From assembly GCA_900234795.1 (NCBI GenBank), contig LT962688.1, forward strand, positions 990,001-1,022,000: DNA of 32,000 nt, in the 5' to 3' direction. Each line of letters starts with the position of its first letter. Position 1 is the first letter of the stretch. Of the stretch, positions 1-8,521 are shown one piece after another. The position numbers were made by a program, and so were the translations under genes. The stretch is from Methylorubrum extorquens. Lineage in GTDB: Bacteria; Pseudomonadota; Alphaproteobacteria; Rhizobiales; Beijerinckiaceae. A model generated the notes under the pieces. The model did not search any database and was not told the origin of the DNA. It worked only from the letters and a program-made list of their open reading frames with translations.

Positions 1-144
1 GTGTTCTGGGGGCCGATGGCCTACGCGATGATCGGCGGCATCCTGGCCGCGACAGCCCTGACGCTGCTGTTCCTGCCCGCACTCTATGTCGGCTGGTACA
101 GGATCAGGCCGCCCTCGCGCGACGCGGCAGCGCCCGGCCATTGA
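1..144 (+). CDS. RND (AcrB/HAE1-type) efflux permease, C-terminal fragment; the 5' end lies outside the window
   Basis: The frame is open from base 1 to TGA at 142-144. The translation VFWGPMAYAMIGGILAATALTLLFLPALYVGWYRIRPP resembles the last TM helix and tail of AcrB-type pumps. It is not in the ORF track because there is no start codon in the window. Confidence 0.6.
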   Translation: MFWGPMAYAMIGGILAATALTLLFLPALYVGWYRIRPPSRDAAAPGH

Positions 145-272
145 GGCCGGGCAGGCCGGCGCCGGCGGTCCCCGCGCCGGCTACATCCCGCGGCATCCGG
201 CGGATTCGAGACGATCACGCACAGATGAAACCAGTTGTATTATGCATCTCACGCGTTTCGGGCCGAGATTTT

Positions 273-286
273 TGCGCTTGAGCGCA
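273..286. promoter_or_regulatory. Palindrome TGCGCT-TG-AGCGCA in the lower-GC region upstream of the MFS gene; possible operator
   Basis: Perfect 6+6 inverted repeat read directly from the sequence. It lies in the 290-nt non-coding stretch 145-435, which also contains the AT-rich string 'ttgtattatgcat'. There is no functional evidence. Confidence 0.2.
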
Positions 287-435
287 TGACCTCTGCTTTC
301 GATGCATAGCCGTCCTGTGCGGCAACACGCGTCGCCAAAACCCCTTTGCGGATGTCAAGCCATCCGCTAGGCACGTCCCGAACGCCGCGCCAAGGCGGCG
401 GCTCCGATCACCTTCAGGCGAGCCGGCTGCCCGCG

Positions 436-1770
436 ATGACCACCGACCACGCCACGGCCAATTCCCACCCGCTCGAGCGCGACGCGCAAGTGGCCATGAG
501 CCACCACGACGTCAGCCCCAATGACATCGCGCTCGGCGTGGTGATCGGGCGGGCGTCGGAATATTTCGACTTCTTCGTGTTCGGCATCGCCTCGGTGCTG
601 GTGTTCCCGAAGGTGTTCTTCCCCTTCGCCGCCCCGCTCACGGGCACGCTCTACTCGTTCGCCATCTTCGCGCTGGCCTTCATCGCCCGCCCGCTCGGGT
701 CGGTCTTCTTCATGTGGGTCCACAAGCGGCACGGACGCGGGGTGAAGCTCACCCTCGCCCTGTTTCTGCTCGGCGGCTCGACCGCGGCGATCAGCTTCCT
801 GCCGAGCTACAACTCGATCGGCGTCGTCGCCATCGAGCTGCTCGCGGTGCTGCGGGTCGCGCAGGGCTTCGCGCTCGGCGGCGCCTGGGACGGCATGGCC
901 TCGCTGCTCGCCCTCAACGCGCCGCGGGAGCGCCGCGGCTGGTACGCGATGATCCCGCAGCTCGGCGCACCGTTCGGCTTCATGGTGGCGAGCGCGCTGT
1001 TCGCGTTCTTCTCCGTCAATCTGACCCCTGAGGATTTCACCGACTGGGGCTGGCGCTTCCCGTTCTTCTGCGCCTTCACCATCAACGTCGTGGCCCTGTT
1101 CGCGCGGCTCCGGCTCGTGGCCACCCCCGAATTCACCCGGCTTCTCGACAAGGGTCGGCTCGAGCCCGTCAGCGTCGTCGATCTCGCCCGCCACCACGCC
1201 CTCGACGTGTGGATCGGCGCCTTCGTGCCGCTGGCGAGCTTCGCCCTGTTCCACCTCGTCACGATCTTCCCGATCGCGTGGCTCGCCCTGTCGAGCGAGC
1301 GCTCCGCCGGCGACTTCCTGATGGTGCAGTTCTCCGGCGCCATGGTTTGCGCCGGCGCGATCGCCGCCTCGGGCCTGATCGCCGACCAGATCGGGCGGCG
1401 CAACGTGCTGCTGATCAGCGCCGGGCTGATCGCCGTGTTCGCCTGCGGCAGCATCCTGGCGCCGCTGATCTTCGGCGAGAACGCCATTGGCCAGACGATC
1501 TACGTCAATATCGGCTTCATGCTGCTCGGCCTGTCCTACGGCCAGACCGCCGGTGCCGTAACCTCGCGGCTGGGCGGGCGCTACCGCTACACCGGCGCGG
1601 CGCTCACCTCCGACCTCGCCTGGCTGTTCGGCGCGGGCTTCGCTCCCCTCGTGGTGCTTTACCTCTCCACCGAGTACGGGCTCGCGATGGTCGGCGTGTA
1701 CCTGCTGTCGGGCGCGCTCGCGACGCTGCTCGCGCTCTCCCTCGACCGGTCCGAGATGCGCCAGATGTGA
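436..1770 (+). CDS. MFS transporter, metabolite:H+ symporter (MHS)-like
   Basis: ORF 346..1770 is multi-TM and hydrophobic. It has the N-terminal 'GRASEYFDFFVFG' motif typical of MHS-family MFS proteins and high GC3. The start is ambiguous (ATG at 346, 436 or 496, none with a clear SD); 436 was chosen. Confidence 0.85.
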   Translation: MTTDHATANSHPLERDAQVAMSHHDVSPNDIALGVVIGRASEYFDFFVFGIASVLVFPKVFFPFAAPLTGTLYSFAIFALAFIARPLGSVFFMWVHKRHGRGVKLTLALFLLGGSTAAISFLPSYNSIGVVAIELLAVLRVAQGFALGGAWDGMASLLALNAPRERRGWYAMIPQLGAPFGFMVASALFAFFSVNLTPEDFTDWGWRFPFFCAFTINVVALFARLRLVATPEFTRLLDKGRLEPVSVVDLARHHALDVWIGAFVPLASFALFHLVTIFPIAWLALSSERSAGDFLMVQFSGAMVCAGAIAASGLIADQIGRRNVLLISAGLIAVFACGSILAPLIFGENAIGQTIYVNIGFMLLGLSYGQTAGAVTSRLGGRYRYTGAALTSDLAWLFGAGFAPLVVLYLSTEYGLAMVGVYLLSGALATLLALSLDRSEMRQM

Positions 1771-1813
1771 GTTTTGCCCCGCTGGCGGAGACTCATCTCG
1801 CCGCGGGACCGGA

Positions 1814-1920
1814 AGCGCTTTCCGCCGAACCCTGGATGCCGGTTCGGCGCCAGAAAGCGCGTCACAACAAGGTCCCGGAAAGGCCGAGCCTGACACCGTC
1901 GGCTCGGCCTCTCCGGAGAG
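1814..1920. other. Structured intergenic region upstream of cyoA, containing two hairpins and a 12-nt palindrome
   Basis: At 1814-1860, GCGCTTTCCGCCGAACC pairs with GGTTCGGCG(cca)GAAAGCGC as an imperfect hairpin. At 1881-1910, AGGCCGAGCC-N10-GGCTCGGCCT forms a 10-bp stem. At 1909-1920, CTCTCCGGAGAG is a perfect palindrome. No T-tract follows. Confidence 0.4.
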
Positions 1921-1965
1921 AAACGAACCGCCGCCACGCGGGAAGTCACCCGCGCGGCCCTTGCG

Positions 1966-3129
1966 ATGGAACGAAGATTCGTGGCCATGACCGCCGACCG
2001 TTCAATGAGAGCCCGTGCCGGGGCCGGCTCCGCGGGCCGGATCCTGCGGGGTCTCGTCCTCCTGCCGCTGTTCGGCCTGCTCGCCGGCTGCAACCTCGTG
2101 GTGATGCAGCCCTCCGGCGACATCGCCATGCAGCAGCGCAACCTCGTCCTCGCCTCGACGGGGCTGATGCTGCTCATCATCATCCCGGTGATCGTGCTGA
2201 CCCTGCTGTTCGCGTGGCGCTACCGCGCGTCGAACACGGCGGCCCGCCACGACCCCGACTGGGACCACTCGACCGGGCTCGAAGTGGTGATCTGGACCGC
2301 GCCGCTGATGATCATCATCGCGCTCGGCGCGCTGACTTGGATCAGCACCCACACCCTCGACCCGTTCCGGCCGCTCTCGCGCATCGAGCCGGGCAAGCCG
2401 GTCGCGGCGGAGGTGAAGCCGCTGGAGGTGGAGGTCGTCGCCCTCGATTGGAAGTGGCTGTTCTTCTACCCCGAATACAACGTCGCGACGGTCAACGAGC
2501 TGGCCGCGCCGGTGAACCGTCCGATCACCTTCAAGATCACCGCCTCCTCGGTGATGAACGCCTTCTACATCCCCGCACTCGCCGGCATGATCTACGCGAT
2601 GCCCGGCATGCAGACGCAGCTCCACGCCGTGATCAACAAGCCGGGAGCCTATGACGGGCTGTCGTCGCACTACAGCGGCACCGGCTTCTCGCGCATGACG
2701 TTCAAGTTCCACGGGCTCGACGGCGACGGCTTCGACCAGTGGATTGCCAAAGTGAAGCAGCAGGGTTCGGAATTGAGCCGTGATGCCTATCTCGAACTCG
2801 AGCGCCCGAGCGAGCGCGTTCCCGTCACCTACTACGCCTCGTTTGCCGATGGACTCTTCAGCAAGATCCTCGGCATGTGCGCCGTGCCCGGCAAGATGTG
2901 CATGCACGAGATGATGACCATCGACGCCAAGGGCGGCGCCGGCAAGGAAAGCCAAGAGAACGCCGAGCGGCTCCAGTACGACAACCGCCATGTGCAGCGC
3001 GGCGACGAAGCCCCGGGGGCGACGACCCCGGCCTCGCACCGCGCGCCCAAGAGCGAGACGCCCGACGGCGATAAGACCCACGAGGGGAGCGGCCAAGGCC
3101 ACTCCGCTCCCGACCAGACCAACAACTGA
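1966..3129 (+). CDS. cyoA: Cytochrome bo3 ubiquinol oxidase subunit II (lipoprotein)
   Basis: There is a lipobox LLAGC after a signal-like N-terminus, followed by two TM helices. The cupredoxin domain reads 'NAFYIPALAGMIYAMPGMQTQLH...SSHYSGTGFSRM' and lacks CuA ligands, as in quinol oxidases. The gene lies directly upstream of cyoB. An alternative start is ATG 1987. Confidence 0.93.
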   Translation: MERRFVAMTADRSMRARAGAGSAGRILRGLVLLPLFGLLAGCNLVVMQPSGDIAMQQRNLVLASTGLMLLIIIPVIVLTLLFAWRYRASNTAARHDPDWDHSTGLEVVIWTAPLMIIIALGALTWISTHTLDPFRPLSRIEPGKPVAAEVKPLEVEVVALDWKWLFFYPEYNVATVNELAAPVNRPITFKITASSVMNAFYIPALAGMIYAMPGMQTQLHAVINKPGAYDGLSSHYSGTGFSRMTFKFHGLDGDGFDQWIAKVKQQGSELSRDAYLELERPSERVPVTYYASFADGLFSKILGMCAVPGKMCMHEMMTIDAKGGAGKESQENAERLQYDNRHVQRGDEAPGATTPASHRAPKSETPDGDKTHEGSGQGHSAPDQTNN

Positions 3130-3168
3130 TCCGTCGCCGCCTCAGGATTTACGGACGAGTTTCAACCC

Positions 3169-5172
3169 ATGTTCGCAAACACGGACCTGCAGCACCTGCT
3201 GTTCGGGCGCCTCTCCCTGGAGGACATCCCATTCCACGAACCGATCCTGCAAGTGACCTTCGCAGGCGTCGCCGTGGCCGGGATCGCGGTGATCGCCGCC
3301 ATCACCTATTTCCGCTTCTGGGGTCCGCTCTGGCGCGACTGGTTGACCTCGGTCGACCACAAGAAGATCGGCATCATGTACGTCGTCCTGGCGCTCGTGA
3401 TGCTGCTGCGCGGCTTTGCCGACGCGTTGCTGATGCGCTCGCAGCAGGCGATCGCGTTCGGCTCCAACGAGGGCTTCCTGCCGCCGCACCACTACGACCA
3501 GATCTTCACCGCCCACGGCGTGATCATGATCTTCTTCGTGGCGATGCCGTTCGTCACCGGCCTGATGAACTACGTCGTGCCGCTGCAGATCGGCGCACGC
3601 GACGTCGCCTTCCCGTTCCTGAACAACTTCTCGTTCTGGATGACGGTGTCCGGCGCGGCCACGATCATGATCTCGCTGTTCGTCGGTGAGTTCGCCCGCA
3701 CCGGCTGGCTCGCCTACCCGCCGCTCTCGGGCGCGGACATGAGCCCGGGGGTCGGCGTCGACTACTACATCTGGGGCCTGCAGATCGCGGGCATCGGCAC
3801 GACGCTGTCCGGCATCAACCTGGTCGCGACCATCGTGAAGATGCGCGCGCCCGGCATGTCGATGATGAAGCTGCCGATCTTCACCTGGACCTCGCTGTGC
3901 ACGAACGTGCTCATCGTGGCCGCCTTCCCGATCCTAGCCGCCGTTCTCGCGCTGCTGAGCCTCGACCGCTACGTCGGCACGCACTTCTTTACGAACGACC
4001 TCGGCGGCAACCCGATGATGTACTTCAACCTCATCTGGATCTGGGGTCATCCGGAGGTCTACATCCTCATCCTGCCGGCCTTCGGCGTGTTCTCGGAGGT
4101 CACCTCGGCCTTCAGCGGCAAGCGCCTGTTCGGCTACACCTCGATGGTCTACGCGACCGTCGTCATCACGATCCTGTCCTACCTCGTGTGGCTGCACCAC
4201 TTCTTCACGATGGGTTCGGGCGCGAGCGTGAACTCGTTCTTCGGCCTCACGACGATGATCATCTCGATCCCGACGGGCGCGAAGATCTTCAACTGGCTGT
4301 TCACGATGTACCGCGGCCGCATCCGCTTCGATGTGCCGATGCTGTGGACCGTCAGCTTCATGGTCACCTTCACCATCGGCGGCATGACCGGCGTGCTGCT
4401 TGCCGTGCCCCCGGCCGACTTCGTGCTGCACAACTCGCTGTTCCTGATCGCGCACTTCCACAACGTGATCATCGGCGGCGTGCTGTTCGGCATGTTCGCC
4501 GGCGTGAACTACTGGTTCCCGAAGGCCTTCGGCTTCCGACTCGACGAGTTCTGGGGCAAGGTCAGCTTCTGGTTCTGGACCATCGGCTTCTACGTCGCCT
4601 TCATGCCGCTCTACGTGCTGGGGCTCATGGGCGTGACCCGCCGTGCCCAGCACTTCGATGACCCTTCGCTGCAGATCTGGTTCGTGATCGCCGCCATCGG
4701 CGCGGGTCTGATCGCGCTGGGCATCGGTGCGATGATCGTCCAGTTCGCGGTCTCGATCAAAAACCGCGAGGCGTTGCGCGACGTGACCGGCGATCCGTGG
4801 GAAGGCCGGACCCTCGAATGGGCGACCTCCTCGCCGCCGCCGGACTACAACTTCGCCTTCACGCCCGTGGTGCACAGCCTCGACGCGTGGTGGGACATGA
4901 AGGCCCGCGGCTTCCAGCGTCCGCTCTCGGGCTACAAGCCGATCCACATGCCCAAGAACACCGCCACCGGCGTGATCCTGGGCGTGGTCAGCATCGTCTT
5001 CTCGTTCGCGATGATCTGGTACATCTGGTGGCTGGCAGCGCTCACCTTCGTGGCGATGCTGGCGATCACGATCGCCCATACCTTCAACTACAACCGCGAC
5101 TTCTACATCCCCGCTGAGACGGTCCGCCGGACCGAGCAGCAGCGGACCGAAGCGCTCGCGGCGCGGGTCTGA
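3169..5172 (+). CDS. cyoB: Cytochrome bo3 ubiquinol oxidase subunit I
   Basis: N-terminal '[14 protein letters not shown]...[14 protein letters not shown]', plus '[15 protein letters not shown]' and 'HFHNVIIGG', are heme-copper oxidase subunit I signatures that closely match E. coli CyoB as I remember it. Confidence 0.97.
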   Translation: MFANTDLQHLLFGRLSLEDIPFHEPILQVTFAGVAVAGIAVIAAITYFRFWGPLWRDWLTSVDHKKIGIMYVVLALVMLLRGFADALLMRSQQAIAFGSNEGFLPPHHYDQIFTAHGVIMIFFVAMPFVTGLMNYVVPLQIGARDVAFPFLNNFSFWMTVSGAATIMISLFVGEFARTGWLAYPPLSGADMSPGVGVDYYIWGLQIAGIGTTLSGINLVATIVKMRAPGMSMMKLPIFTWTSLCTNVLIVAAFPILAAVLALLSLDRYVGTHFFTNDLGGNPMMYFNLIWIWGHPEVYILILPAFGVFSEVTSAFSGKRLFGYTSMVYATVVITILSYLVWLHHFFTMGSGASVNSFFGLTTMIISIPTGAKIFNWLFTMYRGRIRFDVPMLWTVSFMVTFTIGGMTGVLLAVPPADFVLHNSLFLIAHFHNVIIGGVLFGMFAGVNYWFPKAFGFRLDEFWGKVSFWFWTIGFYVAFMPLYVLGLMGVTRRAQHFDDPSLQIWFVIAAIGAGLIALGIGAMIVQFAVSIKNREALRDVTGDPWEGRTLEWATSSPPPDYNFAFTPVVHSLDAWWDMKARGFQRPLSGYKPIHMPKNTATGVILGVVSIVFSFAMIWYIWWLAALTFVAMLAITIAHTFNYNRDFYIPAETVRRTEQQRTEALAARV

Positions 5173-5180
5173 GCAGCATC

Positions 5181-5828
5181 ATGGCAACGCACGCGACCCA
5201 CACCCTCGTCGGCGACCGGATGTCCGGCGCCGACGTGCCGGACTTCCTCGATCTCGAGGGCGAGCATCACCCGGAAGGGGGCACGATGCTCGGCTTCTGG
5301 ATCTACCTGATGAGCGACTGCCTCATCTTCGCAGTCCTGTTCGCCACCTACGCCGTGCTCGGCCGCAGCTACGCGGCCGGGCCCTCGCCCAAGGACCTGT
5401 TCGACCTGCCGATCGTGGCGGTGAACACGTCGATGCTGCTGTTCTCCTCCATCACCTACGGCTTCGCCATGCTGGCGATGGAGAAGGACGACCTCGCCAA
5501 GACCCAGCTCTGGCTTGCGATCACCGGCCTGTTCGGCGCGGCCTTCGTCGGGCTCGAACTCTACGAGTTCGCCCACCTGATCCACGAAGGCGCCACGCCC
5601 CAGCGCAGCGGCTTCCTGTCCGCGTTCTTCACCCTGGTCGGAACCCACGGCCTGCACGTCACCTTCGGCCTGATCTGGCTCGTCACGCTGATGATCCAGA
5701 CCCGGCTCAAGGGCCTCGTTGTGGAGAACAAGCGCCGGCTGATGTGCCTGTCGATGTTCTGGCACTTCCTCGACGTCATCTGGATCGGCGTCTTCACCTT
5801 CGTGTACCTGATGGGAGTCCTGCAATGA
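5181..5828 (+). CDS. cyoC: Cytochrome bo3 ubiquinol oxidase subunit III
   Basis: '[24 protein letters not shown]' is nearly identical to the remembered E. coli CyoC motif. The gene position in the operon also fits. Confidence 0.95.
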   Translation: MATHATHTLVGDRMSGADVPDFLDLEGEHHPEGGTMLGFWIYLMSDCLIFAVLFATYAVLGRSYAAGPSPKDLFDLPIVAVNTSMLLFSSITYGFAMLAMEKDDLAKTQLWLAITGLFGAAFVGLELYEFAHLIHEGATPQRSGFLSAFFTLVGTHGLHVTFGLIWLVTLMIQTRLKGLVVENKRRLMCLSMFWHFLDVIWIGVFTFVYLMGVLQ

Positions 5829-6205
5829 GCGGGGCAGCGCACGCCGACGATCACGGCCATGGGCAGGATGCCCACGGCCACGGCTCTTTCAAAGACTACG
5901 TCACGGGCTTCGTGCTCTCCGTCATCCTGACGGCGATCCCGTTCTGGCTGGTGATGGGCGACGTGCTGGGCGACAAGCTCATCACCGGCGTCGTCATCCT
6001 CGGTCTGGGCGCGGTGCAGATCGTGGTTCACATGATCTACTTCCTGCACATGAACACGAAGTCGGAGGGCGGCTGGACCTTCATGGCGCTGATCTTCACG
6101 ATCACTCTCGTGGTCATCACCCTGTGCGGGTCGATCTGGGTCATGCACCACCTCAACACCAACATGATGCCGATCTCGCCCGAGGAGATGCGTCACGCTC
6201 CCTGA
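5825..6205 (+). CDS. cyoD: Cytochrome bo3 ubiquinol oxidase subunit IV
   Basis: ATG 5825 overlaps the cyoC stop (ATGA). The His-rich N-terminus followed by '[20 protein letters not shown]' resembles CyoD, and there are three TM helices. Confidence 0.9.
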   Translation: MSGAAHADDHGHGQDAHGHGSFKDYVTGFVLSVILTAIPFWLVMGDVLGDKLITGVVILGLGAVQIVVHMIYFLHMNTKSEGGWTFMALIFTITLVVITLCGSIWVMHHLNTNMMPISPEEMRHAP

Positions 6206-6266
6206 CGCGTCCCGCAAACCCGACGCTCCGGCGCCCGCCGCCCCGGCAACGGGTCGGCGGCGCCCA

Positions 6267-6992
6267 TTGCTCGTCCGGCTCGCGCTGATCCTGGCGGGCC
6301 TTGTGGTGACGGGCGTCTTCCTCGGCCTCGGCACGTGGCAAGTCGAGCGCCGGGTCTGGAAGCTCGACCTGATCGACCGGGTCGAGGCCCGCATCCGCGC
6401 CGAGCCCGCGCCCGCACCGGGCCCGGAGGACTGGGCCGGTCTTACGGCCGCCTCCGCCGAGTACCGGCGGGTCCGGCTCACCGGGCGCTTCGCTAACGAT
6501 CGTGCCACGCTGGTCCAGGCGGTGACCGCCCGCGGCCCCGGTTTCTGGGTGCTGGTGCCACTCGCGACCGACCGCGGTTTCACCGTCCTCGTCAACCGCG
6601 GCTTCGTGCCGACGGAGGCCCGCGAGCGCACGGCCCGTGCCGCGGGTGAGCCGGACGGGGAGGTGACGGTCACGGGCCTGCTGCGCCTGACCGAGCCCGG
6701 CGGCGCCTTCCTGCGTCACAACGATCCGGCGGCCGACCGCTGGTACTCCCGCGACGTCGCGGCCATCGCCGCCGCCCGCGGGATCGACGGCACGCCGAAT
6801 GAGGTCGCGCCGTATTTCGTGGATGCCGACGCCGCGCCCAATCCCGGCGGCCTCCCGGTCGGCGGCCTCACGGTGGTGGCTTTCCACAACAACCATCTCG
6901 TCTACGCGCTGACGTGGTACGCCCTCGCGCTGATGACCGCCGCGGCCCTCATCTACGCCCTCAGAGGGTCTCGCAGGATGCCGCGTCGCTGA
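6267..6992 (+). CDS. SURF1-family oxidase assembly protein (Surf1q-type position)
   Basis: TTG start. The N-terminal TM reads 'LGLGTWQVERRVWKLDLI', there is a C-terminal TM with 'HLVYALTWYALA', and 'VNRGFVP' is a typical SURF1/Shy1 signature. The gene lies 61 nt downstream of cyoD. Confidence 0.85.
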   Translation: MLVRLALILAGLVVTGVFLGLGTWQVERRVWKLDLIDRVEARIRAEPAPAPGPEDWAGLTAASAEYRRVRLTGRFANDRATLVQAVTARGPGFWVLVPLATDRGFTVLVNRGFVPTEARERTARAAGEPDGEVTVTGLLRLTEPGGAFLRHNDPAADRWYSRDVAAIAAARGIDGTPNEVAPYFVDADAAPNPGGLPVGGLTVVAFHNNHLVYALTWYALALMTAAALIYALRGSRRMPRR

Positions 6993-7086
6993 CGGACGCC
7001 CACTGTCGGTCTGACGGGGCGATGACGCGGGGCATCCGGCCATGACGCCGGGTGAGGCGACGCGCCCGGAACCGTTGAAACTATTT

Positions 7087-7136
7087 TTCACATTTTTTTC
7101 CTGGACCTGTATCGATTTAACAGTTGAGGTTGTTAA
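7087..7136 (+). promoter_or_regulatory. Putative promoter (TTCACA-N17-TATCGA) followed by the inverted repeat TTAACA-N8-TGTTAA
   Basis: This is a conspicuous AT-rich island (about 7070-7140) in GC-rich DNA. The -35-like hexamer is at 7087-7092 and the -10-like hexamer at 7110-7115. The inverted repeat spans 7117-7122 and 7131-7136, just downstream. The assignment is by eye only. Confidence 0.3.
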
Positions 7137-7206
7137 CCCTTCGTACACCAATCACCATCGCGATTCGCGGCTGCCCTTGCCGCACCGGATGAAGCTGGGA
7201 GCCAGG

Positions 7207-7617
7207 ATGGGAGTCGCCCTGCACGGGCCTGAGCGGGACGGACGTGATCGCCGGGATGGCGACGGAGTCTCCCGTGGCGTACCCGAGCCGCTGGCGGATC
7301 TCATCGTTGCCATGGAGCGGACGCTCGTCGCGCTGGCAGGGGAAGGCGGGGGCCGCAACGAGTTGCACGCCCTGCGCAACTATCTCTCCGACCTCTGCGT
7401 CCTGACCCAGGAGACGCCGACGATCCGGCGGGCGGTGGACCGTCTGGTCTTCGCGGGTGACCGCCTCGGCGAGGCGGTGATCGCGCCGCGAGGCTACGAG
7501 CGCCGCTGGCGGAGCCCCCGCCTGAACAAGGCCCGCCAAGCGCTCACCTCCCTCGAACGGACGCTCGCCGGCGCGCGCCCGAGCCGGATCGCGGTGCGGC
7601 TCGACCGCGACTGGTGA
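7207..7617 (+). CDS. Hypothetical soluble, predicted helical protein with no recognisable family
   Basis: The frame has high GC3. GGGAG lies 6 nt upstream of ATG 7207; an alternative is ATG 7189. The track ORF 7042..7617 includes the AT-rich promoter island, so its 5' part is unlikely to be coding. Confidence 0.45.
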   Translation: MGVALHGPERDGRDRRDGDGVSRGVPEPLADLIVAMERTLVALAGEGGGRNELHALRNYLSDLCVLTQETPTIRRAVDRLVFAGDRLGEAVIAPRGYERRWRSPRLNKARQALTSLERTLAGARPSRIAVRLDRDW

Positions 7618-7764
7618 CGGCAAAGCGGTCGGGACCGGCGTCGCGCCGCGTAGGCGCCCATCGAACTGCGCGCGATAACGGCCGAGCTTGGCGGAACAGT
7701 TACGCCGGCCAACGGTTTGGGGACGCGTGCGACAGGCGCACCGTTCCCCCTTTCGAGCCACCGA

Positions 7765-8463
7765 ATGGATAAACCCAGCCGCTCGGCCCAGACCTGGGCA
7801 GCCACGGCCGGCGCCGCCGCGCTGGCGGTCGGAGCATGGTACCTCCTGCCCGTCGAGGACTGGCTGCGCGCCTTTTCGGACTGGGCGAACGGCCTCGGTC
7901 CCTACGGCCTCCTCGCCTTCGGCGTGCTGTTCTTCCTGGCGACCCTTCTCGTCGTACCGGGCACCCCACTCACCATCGCCGGGGCCGTCGCCTTCGGCTG
8001 GGCGGTGATGCCGGTGGTGCTGTTCTCGGCAACGCTCGGCTCCTGGCTCGCCTTCGTGGCCGCCCGCCACCTGTTCCGCGAGCGGGTGCGGGGACTGATC
8101 GAACGCCGGCCGGCGCTGAACGCCACTGTGGAGGCGGTCGGCGACGGTGGCTGGCGGCTCATGACCCTGATGCGGCTCAGCCCCTTCGTGCCGTTCAACG
8201 CCCAGAACTACGTCTTCGGGGTCACGGATGTCCGCACCTCCGCCTATCTGGTCTCCACGGTGATCGGCATGCTGCCGGGCACGGTGGTGTGCGTCTATCT
8301 CGGCGTCATCGGCCGCCATGCCGGCAGCGACGAGCCGACCCACTGGATCACCCTCGGCCTCGGCCTCCTTGCCACCGTCGCCGCGGTGGAACTCACCCGG
8401 CGCCGGGTGCGGGCCAAACTCGAAGCCGGCAAACTCAAGCTGGGAAAGGCCGGGGCACGATGA
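7765..8463 (+). CDS. TVP38/TMEM64 (DedA/SNARE-associated-like) family membrane protein
   Basis: Multi-TM protein. 'LLVVPGTPLTIAGAVAFG', 'RLSPFVPFNAQNYVFGVT' and 'IGMLPGT' are typical of TVP38/DedA-type proteins. ATG 7765 was chosen within ORF 7717..8463. Confidence 0.85.
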   Translation: MDKPSRSAQTWAATAGAAALAVGAWYLLPVEDWLRAFSDWANGLGPYGLLAFGVLFFLATLLVVPGTPLTIAGAVAFGWAVMPVVLFSATLGSWLAFVAARHLFRERVRGLIERRPALNATVEAVGDGGWRLMTLMRLSPFVPFNAQNYVFGVTDVRTSAYLVSTVIGMLPGTVVCVYLGVIGRHAGSDEPTHWITLGLGLLATVAAVELTRRRVRAKLEAGKLKLGKAGAR

Positions 8464-8521
8464 GCGTTCCGCTCGAACAGGGGATGAGCGCGCCGTCGCG
8501 ACGTAGCAGCTCGGTGCGCGC

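Noticed and set aside
86-289. A 67-aa ORF overlapping the end of the RND gene and the downstream spacer.
   Set aside because: It overlaps the RND C-terminal frame, runs into the lower-GC promoter-like region, and has Arg/Gly/Pro-rich nonsense composition with no SD.
330-352. 'cgccaaaacccctttgcgga' resembles the arms of the family-1 hairpin (CCAAAGGGG...CCCCTTTGG) with the centre missing. 15611-15625 'ccaaaagggtc' is similar.
   Set aside because: The matches are too short and partial to distinguish from chance in GC-rich sequence, and the second hairpin is absent.
367-1896. A 509-aa ORF on the minus strand opposite the MFS gene. The overlapping ORFs 807..1487(-), 714..1031(+) and 1209..2654(+) belong with it.
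   Set aside because: These are typical shadow ORFs of GC-rich DNA. Their translations are Arg/Gly/Ala/Pro/Glu low-complexity sequences with no motifs. The plus-strand MFS and cyoA frames have clear family signatures and the expected third-position G/C bias.
2002-5079. Long antisense or alternate-frame ORFs across cyoA and cyoB (2002..3102-, 3142..3516-, 3897..4661+, 3934..5079-).
   Set aside because: They overlap unmistakable cyoA and cyoB coding frames. They have Arg/His/Asp-rich nonsense composition and no recognisable domains.
7101-7115. A possible sigma-54 promoter (TGGCAC-N5-TTGC) at 'ctggacctgtatcga' in the AT-rich island.
   Set aside because: The GG is present, but the GC dinucleotide is absent at the required +12/+13 spacing.
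5103-7151. ORFs 5103..5825(-), 5561..6673(-) and 6153..7151(-), opposite cyoC, cyoD and SURF1.
   Set aside because: These are shadow ORFs. The real genes on the plus strand are well supported and tightly packed, leaving no room for them.
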